From: Salinivirgaceae bacterium
Lineage (GTDB): Bacteria; Bacteroidota; Bacteroidia; Bacteroidales; SZUA-534
Assembly (NCBI GenBank): GCA_024405635.1
Contig: JAKSOL010000029.1
Span: forward strand, 1-22,696
Length of the DNA stretch: 22,696 nt
Direction: 5' to 3'
Position numbers and translations under genes: made by a program. This document shows, one piece after another, positions 1 to 9,648 of the stretch (position 1 is its first letter; each line of letters opens with the position of its first letter). Below the pieces are notes generated by a model. It was not told the origin of the DNA and ran no database searches. It saw only the letters and a list, made by a program, of their open reading frames with translations.

Positions 1-54
1 ATTTTTATGGCATATATTTTTATGGCATATATTTTTATGGCATATATTTTTATG
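1..54. repeat. 15-bp tandem repeat (ATTTTTATGGCATAT) x3.6, probably truncated by the window edge
   Basis: Exact copies at 1-15, 16-30 and 31-45, plus a partial ATTTTTATG at 46-54. Confidence 0.95.
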
Positions 55-147
55 AGAATAATTATTTTTTATAAAAATAATGGTGTCCTCTTTTTTTGAA
101 AATCTGCAAACTCTTTACTAACAACTAATGTTCCTTTAACATATCGC

Positions 148-192
148 AAAAAAAATGGGATACGCGCCATGTTTCAGGCTCATATCCCATTT
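148..192 (-). terminator. Intrinsic terminator downstream of amt
   Basis: Minus strand reads AAATGGGATA-TGAGCC-loop-GGCGCG-TATCCCATTT followed by a U run, 20 nt past the amt stop. Confidence 0.8.
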
Positions 193-212
193 ATGTCAAT
201 TATTTGTATCGC

Positions 213-1601
213 TTAAAAATCGCGGCTTTCTTCGTCTTTGTTGTTCTCAAAGTATTCGGCAATTTCACGCTCAGCCGAGTCAGAAAAGGCATAAGCCTCA
301 TCGTGTTGGCTAACATCAAGACCCATTTGCTCCGATTTTAGACTTACACGCATTGGTATCATCTTGTTGGTTAACCAATAAAGAGCCAAACTCAACACAA
401 AGGTGTAAGCTACCACTATTGCCACGCCGATTATAGAGTTAAAAAACTCCTCATATCCGCCATGAATCAAACCTGTGTACGAGAACACGCCTGTAAGAAT
501 TGTGGCAAAAATACCGCCTGTTCCGTGAGTTGGGAACACATCCAAAGCGTCGTCGATGCTTGATTTTTCGCGCCAGTGAACTGCTGTGTTGCAAACTAGA
601 GTTGTAAGCAATGCTATAATAAAGCACTGTCCTGTAGTAACAACATCGGCACAAGGAGTGATGGCCACCAAACCAACAACAGCGCCAACTGCAGCTCCCA
701 TGCCCGAAGGCTTACGACCGCGTAGGCAGTCGAAGAATATCCAGCTCATCATGGCTGTTGCACCCGCTGTGTTTGTGTTCAAAAATGCTTTAATGGCGAT
801 GCCATCGGCTGCCAAACTTGAACCACCGTTAAAGCCGAACCAACCTAACCAAAGCAATGCTGCACCCAAAATGACAAATGGTATGTTGGCTGGCAAGTGT
901 TGGTCTGACTTGGCATTTTGCCTACGTCCCAAGAATATAGCTCCTGCCAAAGCTGCAACACCCGATGATGCGTGAACTACAATACCTCCCGCAAAATCGT
1001 GAATGCCAAGCCACTTGTTAAGCAAACCATCGGGATGCCATGTCCAGTGAGCTAAAGGGCAATAAATGAAAATGCAGAATAGAATCATAAACACCATATA
1101 GGCTGAAAAACGAACACGTTCGGCAAACGAACCTGTGATAAGCGACGGTGTTATGATGGCAAACTTCATTTGAAACAACGCATATAGCGCAAGAGGAATG
1201 CTTGCTGTTAAGTAAGGCTCTGGTTTAGCACCTACATGGTTAAACATGAAATATTGAGTTGGGTCGCCAATAAGGCCATATCCGCCCAAATCGTTACCAA
1301 AAGCCAACGAAAACCCAAACACAACCCAAAGCACGCTAATTATGCCCATTGCTATAAACGACTGCAAAATGGTCGATATCACGTTCTTTTTTCCAACCAT
1401 TCCTCCATAAAAGAAACTCAAACCTGGTGTCATCATCAGCACAAAAATTGTTGCTGTAATCATCCATGCCACATTTGATGCAGTGCACTCTTCCGTTTCT
1501 TCAAATTCCCACAAGCCAGGCTCTTCTGGCATCAAAGCTCCTACTATTGCAATAATGAACATCACGGCCATCATCACAACCCATCTTCTGTTTACTTTCA
1601 T
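213..1601 (-). CDS. amtB: Ammonium transporter (Amt/Mep family)
   Basis: Motifs LMMTPGLSFFYGG, FQMKFAIITP, HDFAGGIVVH, WFGFNGGS and DDALDVFPTHG (twin His intact). Start moved from 1679 to the ATG at 1601 (MKVNRR), just downstream of a -7 element. Confidence 0.96.
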   Translation of the reverse strand: MKVNRRWVVMMAVMFIIAIVGALMPEEPGLWEFEETEECTASNVAWMITATIFVLMMTPGLSFFYGGMVGKKNVISTILQSFIAMGIISVLWVVFGFSLAFGNDLGGYGLIGDPTQYFMFNHVGAKPEPYLTASIPLALYALFQMKFAIITPSLITGSFAERVRFSAYMVFMILFCIFIYCPLAHWTWHPDGLLNKWLGIHDFAGGIVVHASSGVAALAGAIFLGRRQNAKSDQHLPANIPFVILGAALLWLGWFGFNGGSSLAADGIAIKAFLNTNTAGATAMMSWIFFDCLRGRKPSGMGAAVGAVVGLVAITPCADVVTTGQCFIIALLTTLVCNTAVHWREKSSIDDALDVFPTHGTGGIFATILTGVFSYTGLIHGGYEEFFNSIIGVAIVVAYTFVLSLALYWLTNKMIPMRVSLKSEQMGLDVSQHDEAYAFSDSAEREIAEYFENNKDEESRDF

Positions 1602-1627
1602 AATCGTTCTTTTAATTTTTACCGATG

Positions 1628-1635
1628 CAAAAGTA
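1628..1635 (-). promoter_or_regulatory. Bacteroidota sigma-A -7 element (TACTTTTG) for amt
   Basis: Exact TAnnTTTG match 26 nt upstream of the ATG at 1601. Confidence 0.7.
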
Positions 1636-1932
1636 CGCACGCCACATGGCTTAATGGCTTCTACCCAACGTAAACACAAGAATCACGTACGCAAAATAGG
1701 TTTCAGAACACATGCTTTGCACACCAAAGTTTATTATCACGAACACTGAAACATGCTGATTGTTAAACTGATATGAGAAAATACAATAGCAATTTGAAAA
1801 ATGATTTACACTACGAGTGTCACGTACGCACGACAATGCAACTCTAGCTTAGCCTAATAGTACAATTTTGATGAAAGCATTTTCAAAAAAGCGAAAAACA
1901 ATCATCTCACTTCAGTCTATTACCTAAAATTA

Positions 1933-1940
1933 TATATTTG
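1933..1940 (+). promoter_or_regulatory. -7 element (TATATTTG) for the bifunctional nuclease gene
   Basis: TAnnTTTG match 23 nt upstream of the ATG at 1964. Confidence 0.6.
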
Positions 1941-1963
1941 TTCATCTTATTCAGCAAACATAT

Positions 1964-2554
1964 ATGGCGCAAATAAAACTCAAGGTATTAGGTCTGTCGT
2001 ATAGCCAAACTCAATCGGGGGCTTATGCTTTGGTTTTGTCGGAGGAGGAAGGCAACCGCCGCATTCCTATTATTATTGGAGGATTTGAGGCGCAATCAAT
2101 AGCCATTGAGCTTGAATCGTTACGCCCACCGCGCCCTCTTACTCACGATCTGTTTGTTAACTTTGCTCAACAGTTTGAAATAGACCTTCTTGAAGTAAAT
2201 ATCTATAGGTTTGAAGACGGCATTTTTTATTCGGAACTAACTTGCCAACAGGGCGAAAACATTGTAAAAATTGATGCTCGCACTTCTGATGCAGTTGCTT
2301 TGGCCATTCGTGTTGGGTGCCCAATATTCACCAATAGCGAAATAATGGATAAAACTGGCATTTTGATGCCAAACAACCCAAACGTGGAGCAAACCGACAA
2401 CACAAAGTCGCAACCTTCAACTTCTGAAGAAAACAAATATGCCAAAGTTTCGTTGCGCGAACTAAAAGAATTGCTTGATAAATCAATCTCAAACGAAGAT
2501 TACGAAGAGGCATCGAACATTCGCGACGAAATAAAACGCCGCGAAAAGAAATAA
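1964..2554 (+). CDS. Bifunctional nuclease family protein (DUF151/BFN) with C-terminal UVR (UvrB/C) domain
   Basis: RRIPIIIGGFEAQSIA, RPLTHDL and IDARTSDAVALA, plus a C-terminal EDYEEASNIRDEI UVR motif. Confidence 0.92.
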   Translation: MAQIKLKVLGLSYSQTQSGAYALVLSEEEGNRRIPIIIGGFEAQSIAIELESLRPPRPLTHDLFVNFAQQFEIDLLEVNIYRFEDGIFYSELTCQQGENIVKIDARTSDAVALAIRVGCPIFTNSEIMDKTGILMPNNPNVEQTDNTKSQPSTSEENKYAKVSLRELKELLDKSISNEDYEEASNIRDEIKRREKK

Positions 2555-2623
2555 CAAGCACTTTTCTTTTAATTGCATTTTTCATACTAGGCATTATGTG
2601 CCAATGTTTTTTTGTCTTTACAC

Positions 2624-2650
2624 AAAAAAAGCCCCACTTAGTGAGGCTTT
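2624..2650 (-). terminator. Intrinsic terminator ending the PTPS-to-YccA operon
   Basis: Minus strand AAAGCCTCAC-TAA-GTGGGGC-TTTTTTT, lying between convergent genes. Confidence 0.8.
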
Positions 2651-2673
2651 AAAAGACTATATGCAGTTATCAA

Positions 2674-3420
2674 TTAGTCGCGACTTGAAAGTTTTGATAG
2701 CAGACGAAGTATTTCAACATATAACCAAACAAGTGTAACCATAAGGCCAAATGCCGAATACCACTCAAAATGTGCAGGTAACCCAGCCTCAGCACCTTGC
2801 TCAATAAAGTGGAAATCGAGTATCAAATTCATTGCTGCTACACCAACAACAACAAGGCTTAATACAATTCCTACAGTTCCTCCACCATACATAAATGATG
2901 CGTCAACACCAAACAAGCTAAGTATAAAGGCAACAAAATACGCAAGGCAAATACCCATTGTTGCAGCTAATACTATGCGTACAAAACTTTGGGTTACACG
3001 TATGATGCCAGTCTTATACATAAACAACACTGCAAACATTACTGCAAAAGTGAGTGTAATGGCTCGCAACACTATGCCAGGATATTTTAATTCAAGTACG
3101 CCAGACAAGCAACCTAAAAATAGTCCCTCAAGCACTGCATAAACTGGCGATAACATTGGCGCCCACTCTTTTTTGAATGAAATAATAAGTGCCATTACAA
3201 AAGCACCAATACTGCCAATAATTGACCACGATGGAACTGAAAGTCCACCATCTTCGCTAAAACCAACTTTTGACCATGTGTAGGTTGCAGCCAAAAAAGC
3301 CAACAAAACAAGTACTGCTACTTTGTTTACAGTACCTTGAACTGTCATTACACGACCTGTGGCTGAATAACGATAGTTATCAATAATTCCCTCGTTTAGG
3401 GTAGGATTTGATGTTTTCAT
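2674..3420 (-). CDS. Bax inhibitor-1/YccA family membrane protein
   Basis: About 7 TM segments; SNP at the N-terminus, MTVQGTVNK, YAVLEGLFLG, LILDFHFIE and EWYSAFGLMVTLVWLYVEILRLL. ATG at 3420 preferred over the alternative start at 3450. Confidence 0.9.
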   Translation of the reverse strand: MKTSNPTLNEGIIDNYRYSATGRVMTVQGTVNKVAVLVLLAFLAATYTWSKVGFSEDGGLSVPSWSIIGSIGAFVMALIISFKKEWAPMLSPVYAVLEGLFLGCLSGVLELKYPGIVLRAITLTFAVMFAVLFMYKTGIIRVTQSFVRIVLAATMGICLAYFVAFILSLFGVDASFMYGGGTVGIVLSLVVVGVAAMNLILDFHFIEQGAEAGLPAHFEWYSAFGLMVTLVWLYVEILRLLSKLSSRD

Positions 3421-3473
3421 ATCTGTTTGTTTTTGATCTTGTTTAAACAAACATTGTCAAAAATCGCGCCAAA

Positions 3474-4148
3474 TTAGTCGCCAAACAACCAAAAATAACC
3501 TTCGCCTATACGTTTTTTTATTTCGTTATTGCTGATGCTCAGCTCATTAGCTATAGAATCAACTGTTTTTTTGCATTCGTCTGACATTTGACCAATGGCA
3601 CCTAAAGTGTAGATAAGTGGCTGTGCTGTTTCCACACAAATAACTTCGTTTACATTATCGATTAGAATTGAAGCTAATTGCTTTGCCAAGAATAGATGCT
3701 TTTTCACTGCCCAACCAACGGTATGAATAGCTGCCAACTTTTGCCATTTATTACCGTTAATCATTTGCAAAAACTGTTGTTGGGTGCAATGCTCGCTTAA
3801 TAAGTTCTTTGCCAAATGTTCTGCTTCGTCAACCGTAGCTGGTGCTTCAACAGCAAGTTGAACTTCGTTGGTTGTAAGTTCAATTTCAGATAAAGCAAAT
3901 GATGCTACAATTTTTGCCTCGCGCATTGGTACTTGCAAAAGTTTAATTGCCAAATCTTTTTGTCCAACAATATCGGTAGCAAATTTGCGAAGCATCATTA
4001 CCGAAACTCCATAATTAAGTTCTGCCGAATCACAATTTTGATTCATCAGTTTGGCAGCATTGCCGTCTTGCATCATTATTATTTGATGAAGAAACTGACG
4101 AGTTGACACGTCAAGTTTTTCGAGTATATGATGCGGAATGCCAATCAT
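3474..4148 (-). CDS. DNA alkylation repair (AlkD-like, HEAT-repeat) protein, divergent
   Basis: NYGVSVMMLRKFA...LAIKLL...REAKIVA resembles the N-terminal signature of the Bacteroidota AlkD-like family; composition is largely helical. Confidence 0.6.
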   Translation of the reverse strand: MIGIPHHILEKLDVSTRQFLHQIIMMQDGNAAKLMNQNCDSAELNYGVSVMMLRKFATDIVGQKDLAIKLLQVPMREAKIVASFALSEIELTTNEVQLAVEAPATVDEAEHLAKNLLSEHCTQQQFLQMINGNKWQKLAAIHTVGWAVKKHLFLAKQLASILIDNVNEVICVETAQPLIYTLGAIGQMSDECKKTVDSIANELSISNNEIKKRIGEGYFWLFGD

Positions 4149-5969
4149 TTAGGCAAATGTTTGAATGTCGTGTAACTTACGATATTGGCCATTCTTAGCC
4201 ATTAACTCGTCGTGGGTTCCTTGCTCAATTATGCAACCTTCGTGCAACACACAAATTAAGTCGGCATTACGAACAGTTGACAAGCGGTGTGCAATGACAA
4301 TAGATGTACGGTTGGCCATTAAATGTTCAAGCGCATCTTGTACCAAGCGCTCGCTTTCGGTGTCGAGGGCTGAAGTAGCTTCGTCGAGAATAAGAATAGG
4401 TGGATTTTTAAGAATAGCTCGTGCTATGCTCAAACGTTGACGTTGTCCGCCGCTTAGTTTGCTGCCTCGGTCGCCAATAATGGTTTGGTAACCATCTTCG
4501 GTTGACATAATAAACTCATGTGCATTAGCCACACGCGCTGCAGCCTCAACTTGTTCTTGAGTTGCATTTTCAACACCAAAGGTTATGTTGTTGTAAATTG
4601 TATCGTTAAACAAAATTGCCTCTTGATTAACATTACCAATAAGTTCACGTAAATCGAACAAGGTGTAGTTTTTAATGTTTACACCATCAACAAGAATCTC
4701 ACCTGCATTAACATCGTAAAAACGTGGCAAAAGGTCAACAAAGGTTGTTTTTCCACTACCCGATTGCCCAACTAAAGCTACTGTTTGTCCTTTTTTAATG
4801 TTTAACGACACATTATTAAGTACCATTCGCTCGTCGTATGCAAACGACACATTTTTGTACTCAATACCTTTTTCAACATTGCTTATGTGTTTTGCATTTT
4901 CAACTTCACGTATAGCAATATCGGCATTCATAATGCGGTCAATTCGTTCAAGAGCGGCAATACCACGTTGAACATTATAAAAGGCATTTGAGAATTCTTT
5001 GGCTGGCACTATAATTTGATAAAAGATGCCTATGTAAGCAATAAACACAGCACCCTCAAGCACATCGTTGCCTTGCATAATAAGCGAACCGCCATACCAA
5101 ACCACCAAAACAATAATTATTGTTCCCAACAATTCGCTCATTGGATGGGCAAGGTCGCGGCGGCGGGTTAGCTTGTTCATTGTTCGGCGATAGCTATTTA
5201 AGTATTGATCGAAACGAGCAAGCATACGGTCTTCAGCATTAAAAGCCTTTATAACACGCAAACCTCCCAACGTTTCTTCAAGCACTCCCACTATTTCGCC
5301 CATTTTTTCTTGTCCTTCAGTCGATTTCTTTTTAAGCGACTTGCCCACACGTCCAATAATAATTCCACCTATTGGCAGCATTAAAAAGATGAAAAGTGTG
5401 AGCCTAACGCTCATTAGGAACAACGATACAAGCAAAACAATAATGATAACTGGGTTTTTTAGCAACATGTTGAGAGTTGACATTATTGAGTTTTCAACCT
5501 CTTGCACGTCGCTCATAGCACGCGACATTATGTCGCCTTTGTGTTCATCGCTGTAAAACCCTAGTGGTAGATGCAGTATTTTGTTGTACAAATTTTTGCG
5601 CAAATCGCGAACAACTCCATTACGCACTCCAACTAATACATACGATGATAAATAAGCAAAGCCTGTTTTTAATAATGTTGCCACTATTAAAAACAAGCCT
5701 ATGTATAACAATGCGGCTCCTAAACCTTGCGATGCTTTAACTTGGGTTACAAAAAAACTCATGTTGTGCTTAAAGCAATCGAGTGTAAGTTCCCAAGGTA
5801 CAGTTGATGTTACTTCTTGCTGAATACCAAAAAGTATTTCCATTACTGGAATAATAAAGGCCATTGAGAACACTGCAAACAATGCCGACAACACGTTGCA
5901 AGTCAAGTTAAGAATCAACTTTGACCAATACCCATGAGCAAATCGCTTAATGATGTAGAAAAGCCCCAT
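4149..5969 (-). CDS. ABC exporter, fused TMD+NBD (MsbA-like)
   Basis: Multi-TM N-terminal half; Walker A GQSGSGKT, signature LSGGQRQR, Walker B ILILDEATSALD, H-loop IAHRLST. Confidence 0.93.
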   Translation of the reverse strand: MGLFYIIKRFAHGYWSKLILNLTCNVLSALFAVFSMAFIIPVMEILFGIQQEVTSTVPWELTLDCFKHNMSFFVTQVKASQGLGAALLYIGLFLIVATLLKTGFAYLSSYVLVGVRNGVVRDLRKNLYNKILHLPLGFYSDEHKGDIMSRAMSDVQEVENSIMSTLNMLLKNPVIIIVLLVSLFLMSVRLTLFIFLMLPIGGIIIGRVGKSLKKKSTEGQEKMGEIVGVLEETLGGLRVIKAFNAEDRMLARFDQYLNSYRRTMNKLTRRRDLAHPMSELLGTIIIVLVVWYGGSLIMQGNDVLEGAVFIAYIGIFYQIIVPAKEFSNAFYNVQRGIAALERIDRIMNADIAIREVENAKHISNVEKGIEYKNVSFAYDERMVLNNVSLNIKKGQTVALVGQSGSGKTTFVDLLPRFYDVNAGEILVDGVNIKNYTLFDLRELIGNVNQEAILFNDTIYNNITFGVENATQEQVEAAARVANAHEFIMSTEDGYQTIIGDRGSKLSGGQRQRLSIARAILKNPPILILDEATSALDTESERLVQDALEHLMANRTSIVIAHRLSTVRNADLICVLHEGCIIEQGTHDELMAKNGQYRKLHDIQTFA

Positions 5970-5980
5970 TACACAATGGT

Positions 5981-7327
5981 TTAGTAAATACCTGTGTAGT
6001 TTTGAGGAGTGATTGCACGCAATTCGGCTTTCACGCTCTCGCTAACGTTAAGTGTTTCAATAAACTGTGCAATGCTATTTTTGTTTATAACAGCATTGGT
6101 ACGAGTTAGTTCTTTAAGTGTTTCGTATGGTTTTGGATAACCCTCGCGACGCAAAATGGTTTGAATAGCCTCAGCTACAACACTCCAGTTTGCCTCCAAA
6201 TCGGCATTTAGTTTATCAGCATTCAAAATAAGTTTGCCCAAACCTTTTTGTAGCGATTTAAGAGCAATTAAAGTGTGACCAATTGGAACGCCAATGTTGC
6301 GAAGGACGGTTGAATCGGTCAAATCGCGCTGCATTCGCGATATTGGCAATTTGCTTGAGAAGAACTCAAACATTGCATTTGCCATGCCCAAGTTGCCCTC
6401 AGCATTTTCAAAATCGATAGGGTTAACTTTGTGAGGCATTGCTGAAGAACCAACCTCGCCAGCTTTAATTTTTTGCTTAAAGTATTCCATCGAAACGTAA
6501 GTCCAAATATCACGGCAAAGGTCAATGATAATGGTGTTGATGCGTTTTAGGTTATCAAAAATGGCAGCCAAGTCGTCGTAATGAGCAATTTGAGTTGTGG
6601 TTTGCAAACGCTCAAGTTTTAGCGATTGGCTAACAAAATTGTTAGCAAACTCTACCCAATTAATTTCGGGATAAGCCACCATGTGAGCATTTAAACCACC
6701 CGTTGCACCACCAAATTTAGCCGAGCAAGGAACGGTTTTAAGCAAATTAAGTTGTTTGTTAAGGCGCTCAACAAACACCATAAGTTCTTTGCCAAGTTTG
6801 GTTGGCGATGCTGGTTGACCATGAGTATGCGCAAGCATTGGCACATCTTTCCACTCGTTTGCCAAGCCTTCAAGTTGAGCAATTGAATCCTCAAGAAGTG
6901 GATAATAAACCTCTTGAATAGCATCGCGCAACGAGTAAGGAATAGCTGTGTTGTTAATGTCTTGCGATGTCAAACCAAAGTGAATAAACTCTTTGTAGGC
7001 TTGCAACCCAAGCACGTCAAATTTCTCTTTCAAGAAATACTCAACAGCTTTTACATCGTGGTTGGTGGTTTTTTCAATCTCTTTAATGCGGCTAGCATCT
7101 TCAACTGTAAAGTTTTTGTATGCCTCGCGCAATTGGTCATAAACCGATTGAGGTACATCTTTTAACTGTGGCAAAGGCAATTTGCACAATGCAATAAAGT
7201 ATTCAACCTCAATAAGAACACGATAGCGGATTAAACCGAATTCTGAGAAATAAACGTCCAATTCGCCATCTTTTGAGCGATAGCGACCATCAACTGGACT
7301 GATTGCTGTTAATTCGTTGAGTTGCAT
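5981..7327 (-). CDS. purB: Adenylosuccinate lyase
   Basis: AISPVDGRY, TNHDVKAVEY, HFGLTSQD and the fumarate-lyase signature GSSAMPHKVNPIDFENAEGN. Confidence 0.98.
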   Translation of the reverse strand: MQLNELTAISPVDGRYRSKDGELDVYFSEFGLIRYRVLIEVEYFIALCKLPLPQLKDVPQSVYDQLREAYKNFTVEDASRIKEIEKTTNHDVKAVEYFLKEKFDVLGLQAYKEFIHFGLTSQDINNTAIPYSLRDAIQEVYYPLLEDSIAQLEGLANEWKDVPMLAHTHGQPASPTKLGKELMVFVERLNKQLNLLKTVPCSAKFGGATGGLNAHMVAYPEINWVEFANNFVSQSLKLERLQTTTQIAHYDDLAAIFDNLKRINTIIIDLCRDIWTYVSMEYFKQKIKAGEVGSSAMPHKVNPIDFENAEGNLGMANAMFEFFSSKLPISRMQRDLTDSTVLRNIGVPIGHTLIALKSLQKGLGKLILNADKLNADLEANWSVVAEAIQTILRREGYPKPYETLKELTRTNAVINKNSIAQFIETLNVSESVKAELRAITPQNYTGIY

Positions 7328-7350
7328 AATATTTAGTATTTACTTGATTA

Positions 7351-8229
7351 TTAAAGCGATGCGCTTGATGCTTGAATTTGGCGGTCAAATTTACGCAACA
7401 TGCCTTGAAGCACTGCACCTGGACCTACTTCGGTAAACTCGGTTGCACCGTTTGCCACCATGTTTTTCATTATTTGAGTCCAACGTACAGGGGCTGTCAA
7501 TTGGGCAATAAGGTTCTTTTTAATTGTTTCAGGATCGGTTACAGCCTCAGCAGTTACATTTTGGTAAACTGGACAAATTGGCGATTTAAATGTAACCTCG
7601 CTAATAGCTTGCTCAAGCTCGGCGCGTGCTGGTTCCATAAATGGTGAGTGGAATGCACCGCTCACTGCTAGTTTAATGGCACGTTTAGCACCAATCTCAG
7701 TAAATTTTGCAATTGCTTGCTCGATGCCTTCGTTTGAGCCAGAAATAACCAATTGGCCTGGGCAGTTGTAGTTTGCTGGAACCACGTCGTTTATTTCAGC
7801 GCAAGTTTTTTCAATAACTTCGTCATCAAGACCAAGGATTGCAGCCATTGTTGAAGGTTTAATTTCGCATGCCTTTTGCATTGCCATTGCACGTTTCGAA
7901 ACCAATTTCAAACCATCTTCAAACGACAGAGCGTCGGCTGCTACTAAGGCTGAAAATTCGCCTAATGAGTGACCTGCAACCATATCGGGATTAAAACGGT
8001 CGCCCAATGCTTTTGCCAACACTACAGAGTGAAGAAAAACAGCTGGTTGAGTTACTTTGGTTTGACGCAAATCCTCATCGGTACCTGCAAACATCAAATC
8101 GGTAATGTTAAATCCAAGTATTTGGTTAGCAGAGTCGAGCAACTGTTTTGCTACTGCTGAGTTTTCATACAAATCTTTGGCCATTCCTACAAATTGTGAA
8201 CCTTGACCTGGAAATACAAATGCTTTCAT
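7351..8229 (-). CDS. fabD: Malonyl-CoA:ACP transacylase
   Basis: FPGQGSQ, TQPA, catalytic GHSLGE, ANYN, GAFHS and EVGPG. Confidence 0.98.
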   Translation of the reverse strand: MKAFVFPGQGSQFVGMAKDLYENSAVAKQLLDSANQILGFNITDLMFAGTDEDLRQTKVTQPAVFLHSVVLAKALGDRFNPDMVAGHSLGEFSALVAADALSFEDGLKLVSKRAMAMQKACEIKPSTMAAILGLDDEVIEKTCAEINDVVPANYNCPGQLVISGSNEGIEQAIAKFTEIGAKRAIKLAVSGAFHSPFMEPARAELEQAISEVTFKSPICPVYQNVTAEAVTDPETIKKNLIAQLTAPVRWTQIMKNMVANGATEFTEVGPGAVLQGMLRKFDRQIQASSASL

Positions 8230-8281
8230 TTTTTATGTGTTTTTAATTGTTTACTGCTATTGATTAAGGCAAAAATTGTGC

Positions 8282-8899
8282 CTAATGCAACCTCTTGCCA
8301 ACGTACTCTAAAAATTCGGAACGGGTTGATGTGTTTTTAAGAAACAAACCTGTAAAAGCCGATGTTGTGGTAACCGATTCTTGTTTTTCAACACCACGCA
8401 TCAACATGCACATGTGTTGCGCCTCAATAACAACTGCAACTCCTTGTGGTTTAAGTGTTTGCTGTATACAATCTTTTATTTGGTTAGTTAAGCGTTCTTG
8501 CACTTGCAAACGACGGGCATAAGCATCAACCACGCGGGCTATTTTGCTTATTCCGGTAATGTAGCCGTTTGGAATATAAGCTACATGCGCTTTGCCAAAA
8601 AATGGTAGCATGTGATGCTCGCACATTGAATAAACTTCAATGTCTTTTACAATTATCATTTGCGAATAATCCTCTTTGAACAATGCGCTTTGCAAAATTT
8701 GCTGTGGGTTTTGGTTATAGCCTTGAGTTAAAAACTGCATTGCCTTGGCCACACGTTCGGGAGTTTTTATAAGCCCTTCGCGCTCAACATCTTCACCAAG
8801 TTGAATTATAACCTCTTTATAAAGCGAACTTAATTTTTCGGTTCGTTGTGCATCGTATTGGTCTATTCGCTGATAACCAGCTTCATCAAAATCTATCAT
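8282..8899 (-). CDS. folE: GTP cyclohydrolase I (type IA)
   Basis: [33 protein letters not shown] and HMCMLMRGV. Confidence 0.97.
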   Translation of the reverse strand: MIDFDEAGYQRIDQYDAQRTEKLSSLYKEVIIQLGEDVEREGLIKTPERVAKAMQFLTQGYNQNPQQILQSALFKEDYSQMIIVKDIEVYSMCEHHMLPFFGKAHVAYIPNGYITGISKIARVVDAYARRLQVQERLTNQIKDCIQQTLKPQGVAVVIEAQHMCMLMRGVEKQESVTTTSAFTGLFLKNTSTRSEFLEYVGKRLH

Positions 8900-8901
8900 A
8901 A

Positions 8902-9312
8902 CTATCCAAAGTATTCAACGTAACTATTTTCAGTTTCGGCCAGTTTTACACAATGCATTTGCGCACCTGCTTGGTTTACAAGTGGTTGCAATACATTCCA
9001 AATGCCAATGGCAATGTTTTCAGATGTGGTAATTTTTCCTTGCAAAAAAGGCACTTCCTCGTTCAAGTTTTGGTGGTCTAACTGACTGATAACGTGGTTT
9101 TTGATTATTGCGCTCAACGTTTTAAGGTTAATCACCATTCCAGTTTGAGGATTAATCTCGCCTTTAACGGTAACGTGTAGCACATAGTTGTGACCATGCC
9201 AACGTTCATTTGAGCATTTGCCAAACAACTCAAGGTTCTCATTTGCTGATAGTTGCGGATTGAAAAGCCTGTGAGCACTGCTAAATGTTTCGCGACGAGT
9301 TACAAAAACCAT
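8902..9312 (-). CDS. 6-pyruvoyl-tetrahydropterin synthase (COG0720 family), PTPS-II-type motif
   Basis: [21 protein letters not shown] (C-X5-HGH), TTSENIA and ETENSYVEY; adjacent to folE. Confidence 0.9.
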   Translation of the reverse strand: MVFVTRRETFSSAHRLFNPQLSANENLELFGKCSNERWHGHNYVLHVTVKGEINPQTGMVINLKTLSAIIKNHVISQLDHQNLNEEVPFLQGKITTSENIAIGIWNVLQPLVNQAGAQMHCVKLAETENSYVEYFG

Positions 9313-9331
9313 TTTCTTTTGTTTTGAACTG

Positions 9332-9363
9332 CGAAAATAGACAATCGGGGCGCAAGTTGCAAA
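9332..9363 (-). promoter_or_regulatory. Putative -33/-7 promoter for the PTPS-folE-fabD-purB operon
   Basis: Minus strand TTTG (9363-9360), a 20-nt spacer, then TATTTTCG (9339-9332, one mismatch to TAnnTTTG). Confidence 0.55.
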
Positions 9364-9648
9364 TAGTATAATGAGCAGTGTTTTACTACTAAAAAATAGT
9401 TGAACTTTTTTTGTAAAAAGCGCTGGCTTTGTCTTTTGTTTGGACTGAACACAAATATAGTAATGTGGTTTTTCAGCTACTTATGAAATAAAAGATAACA
9501 CCATCTTCTGATAGTTAACAAATTACCTATTACAAATAACTGCTAAAAACTCAGTCGCTCTACAATTGTTTATATGACGAATGAGTTTGGTTATACGTAA
9601 AATTACGAAAGCCAATAGCAGTGTCGTTGAAATTTAGTTTTGAATATC

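Noticed and set aside
1-54. CRISPR array
   Set aside because: The repeats are contiguous 15-mers with no spacers, and there are no cas genes.
1602-1679. 26-aa N-terminal extension of amt in the ORF track
   Set aside because: It starts at a non-ATG codon and runs through the -7 promoter element; ATG 1601 fits better.
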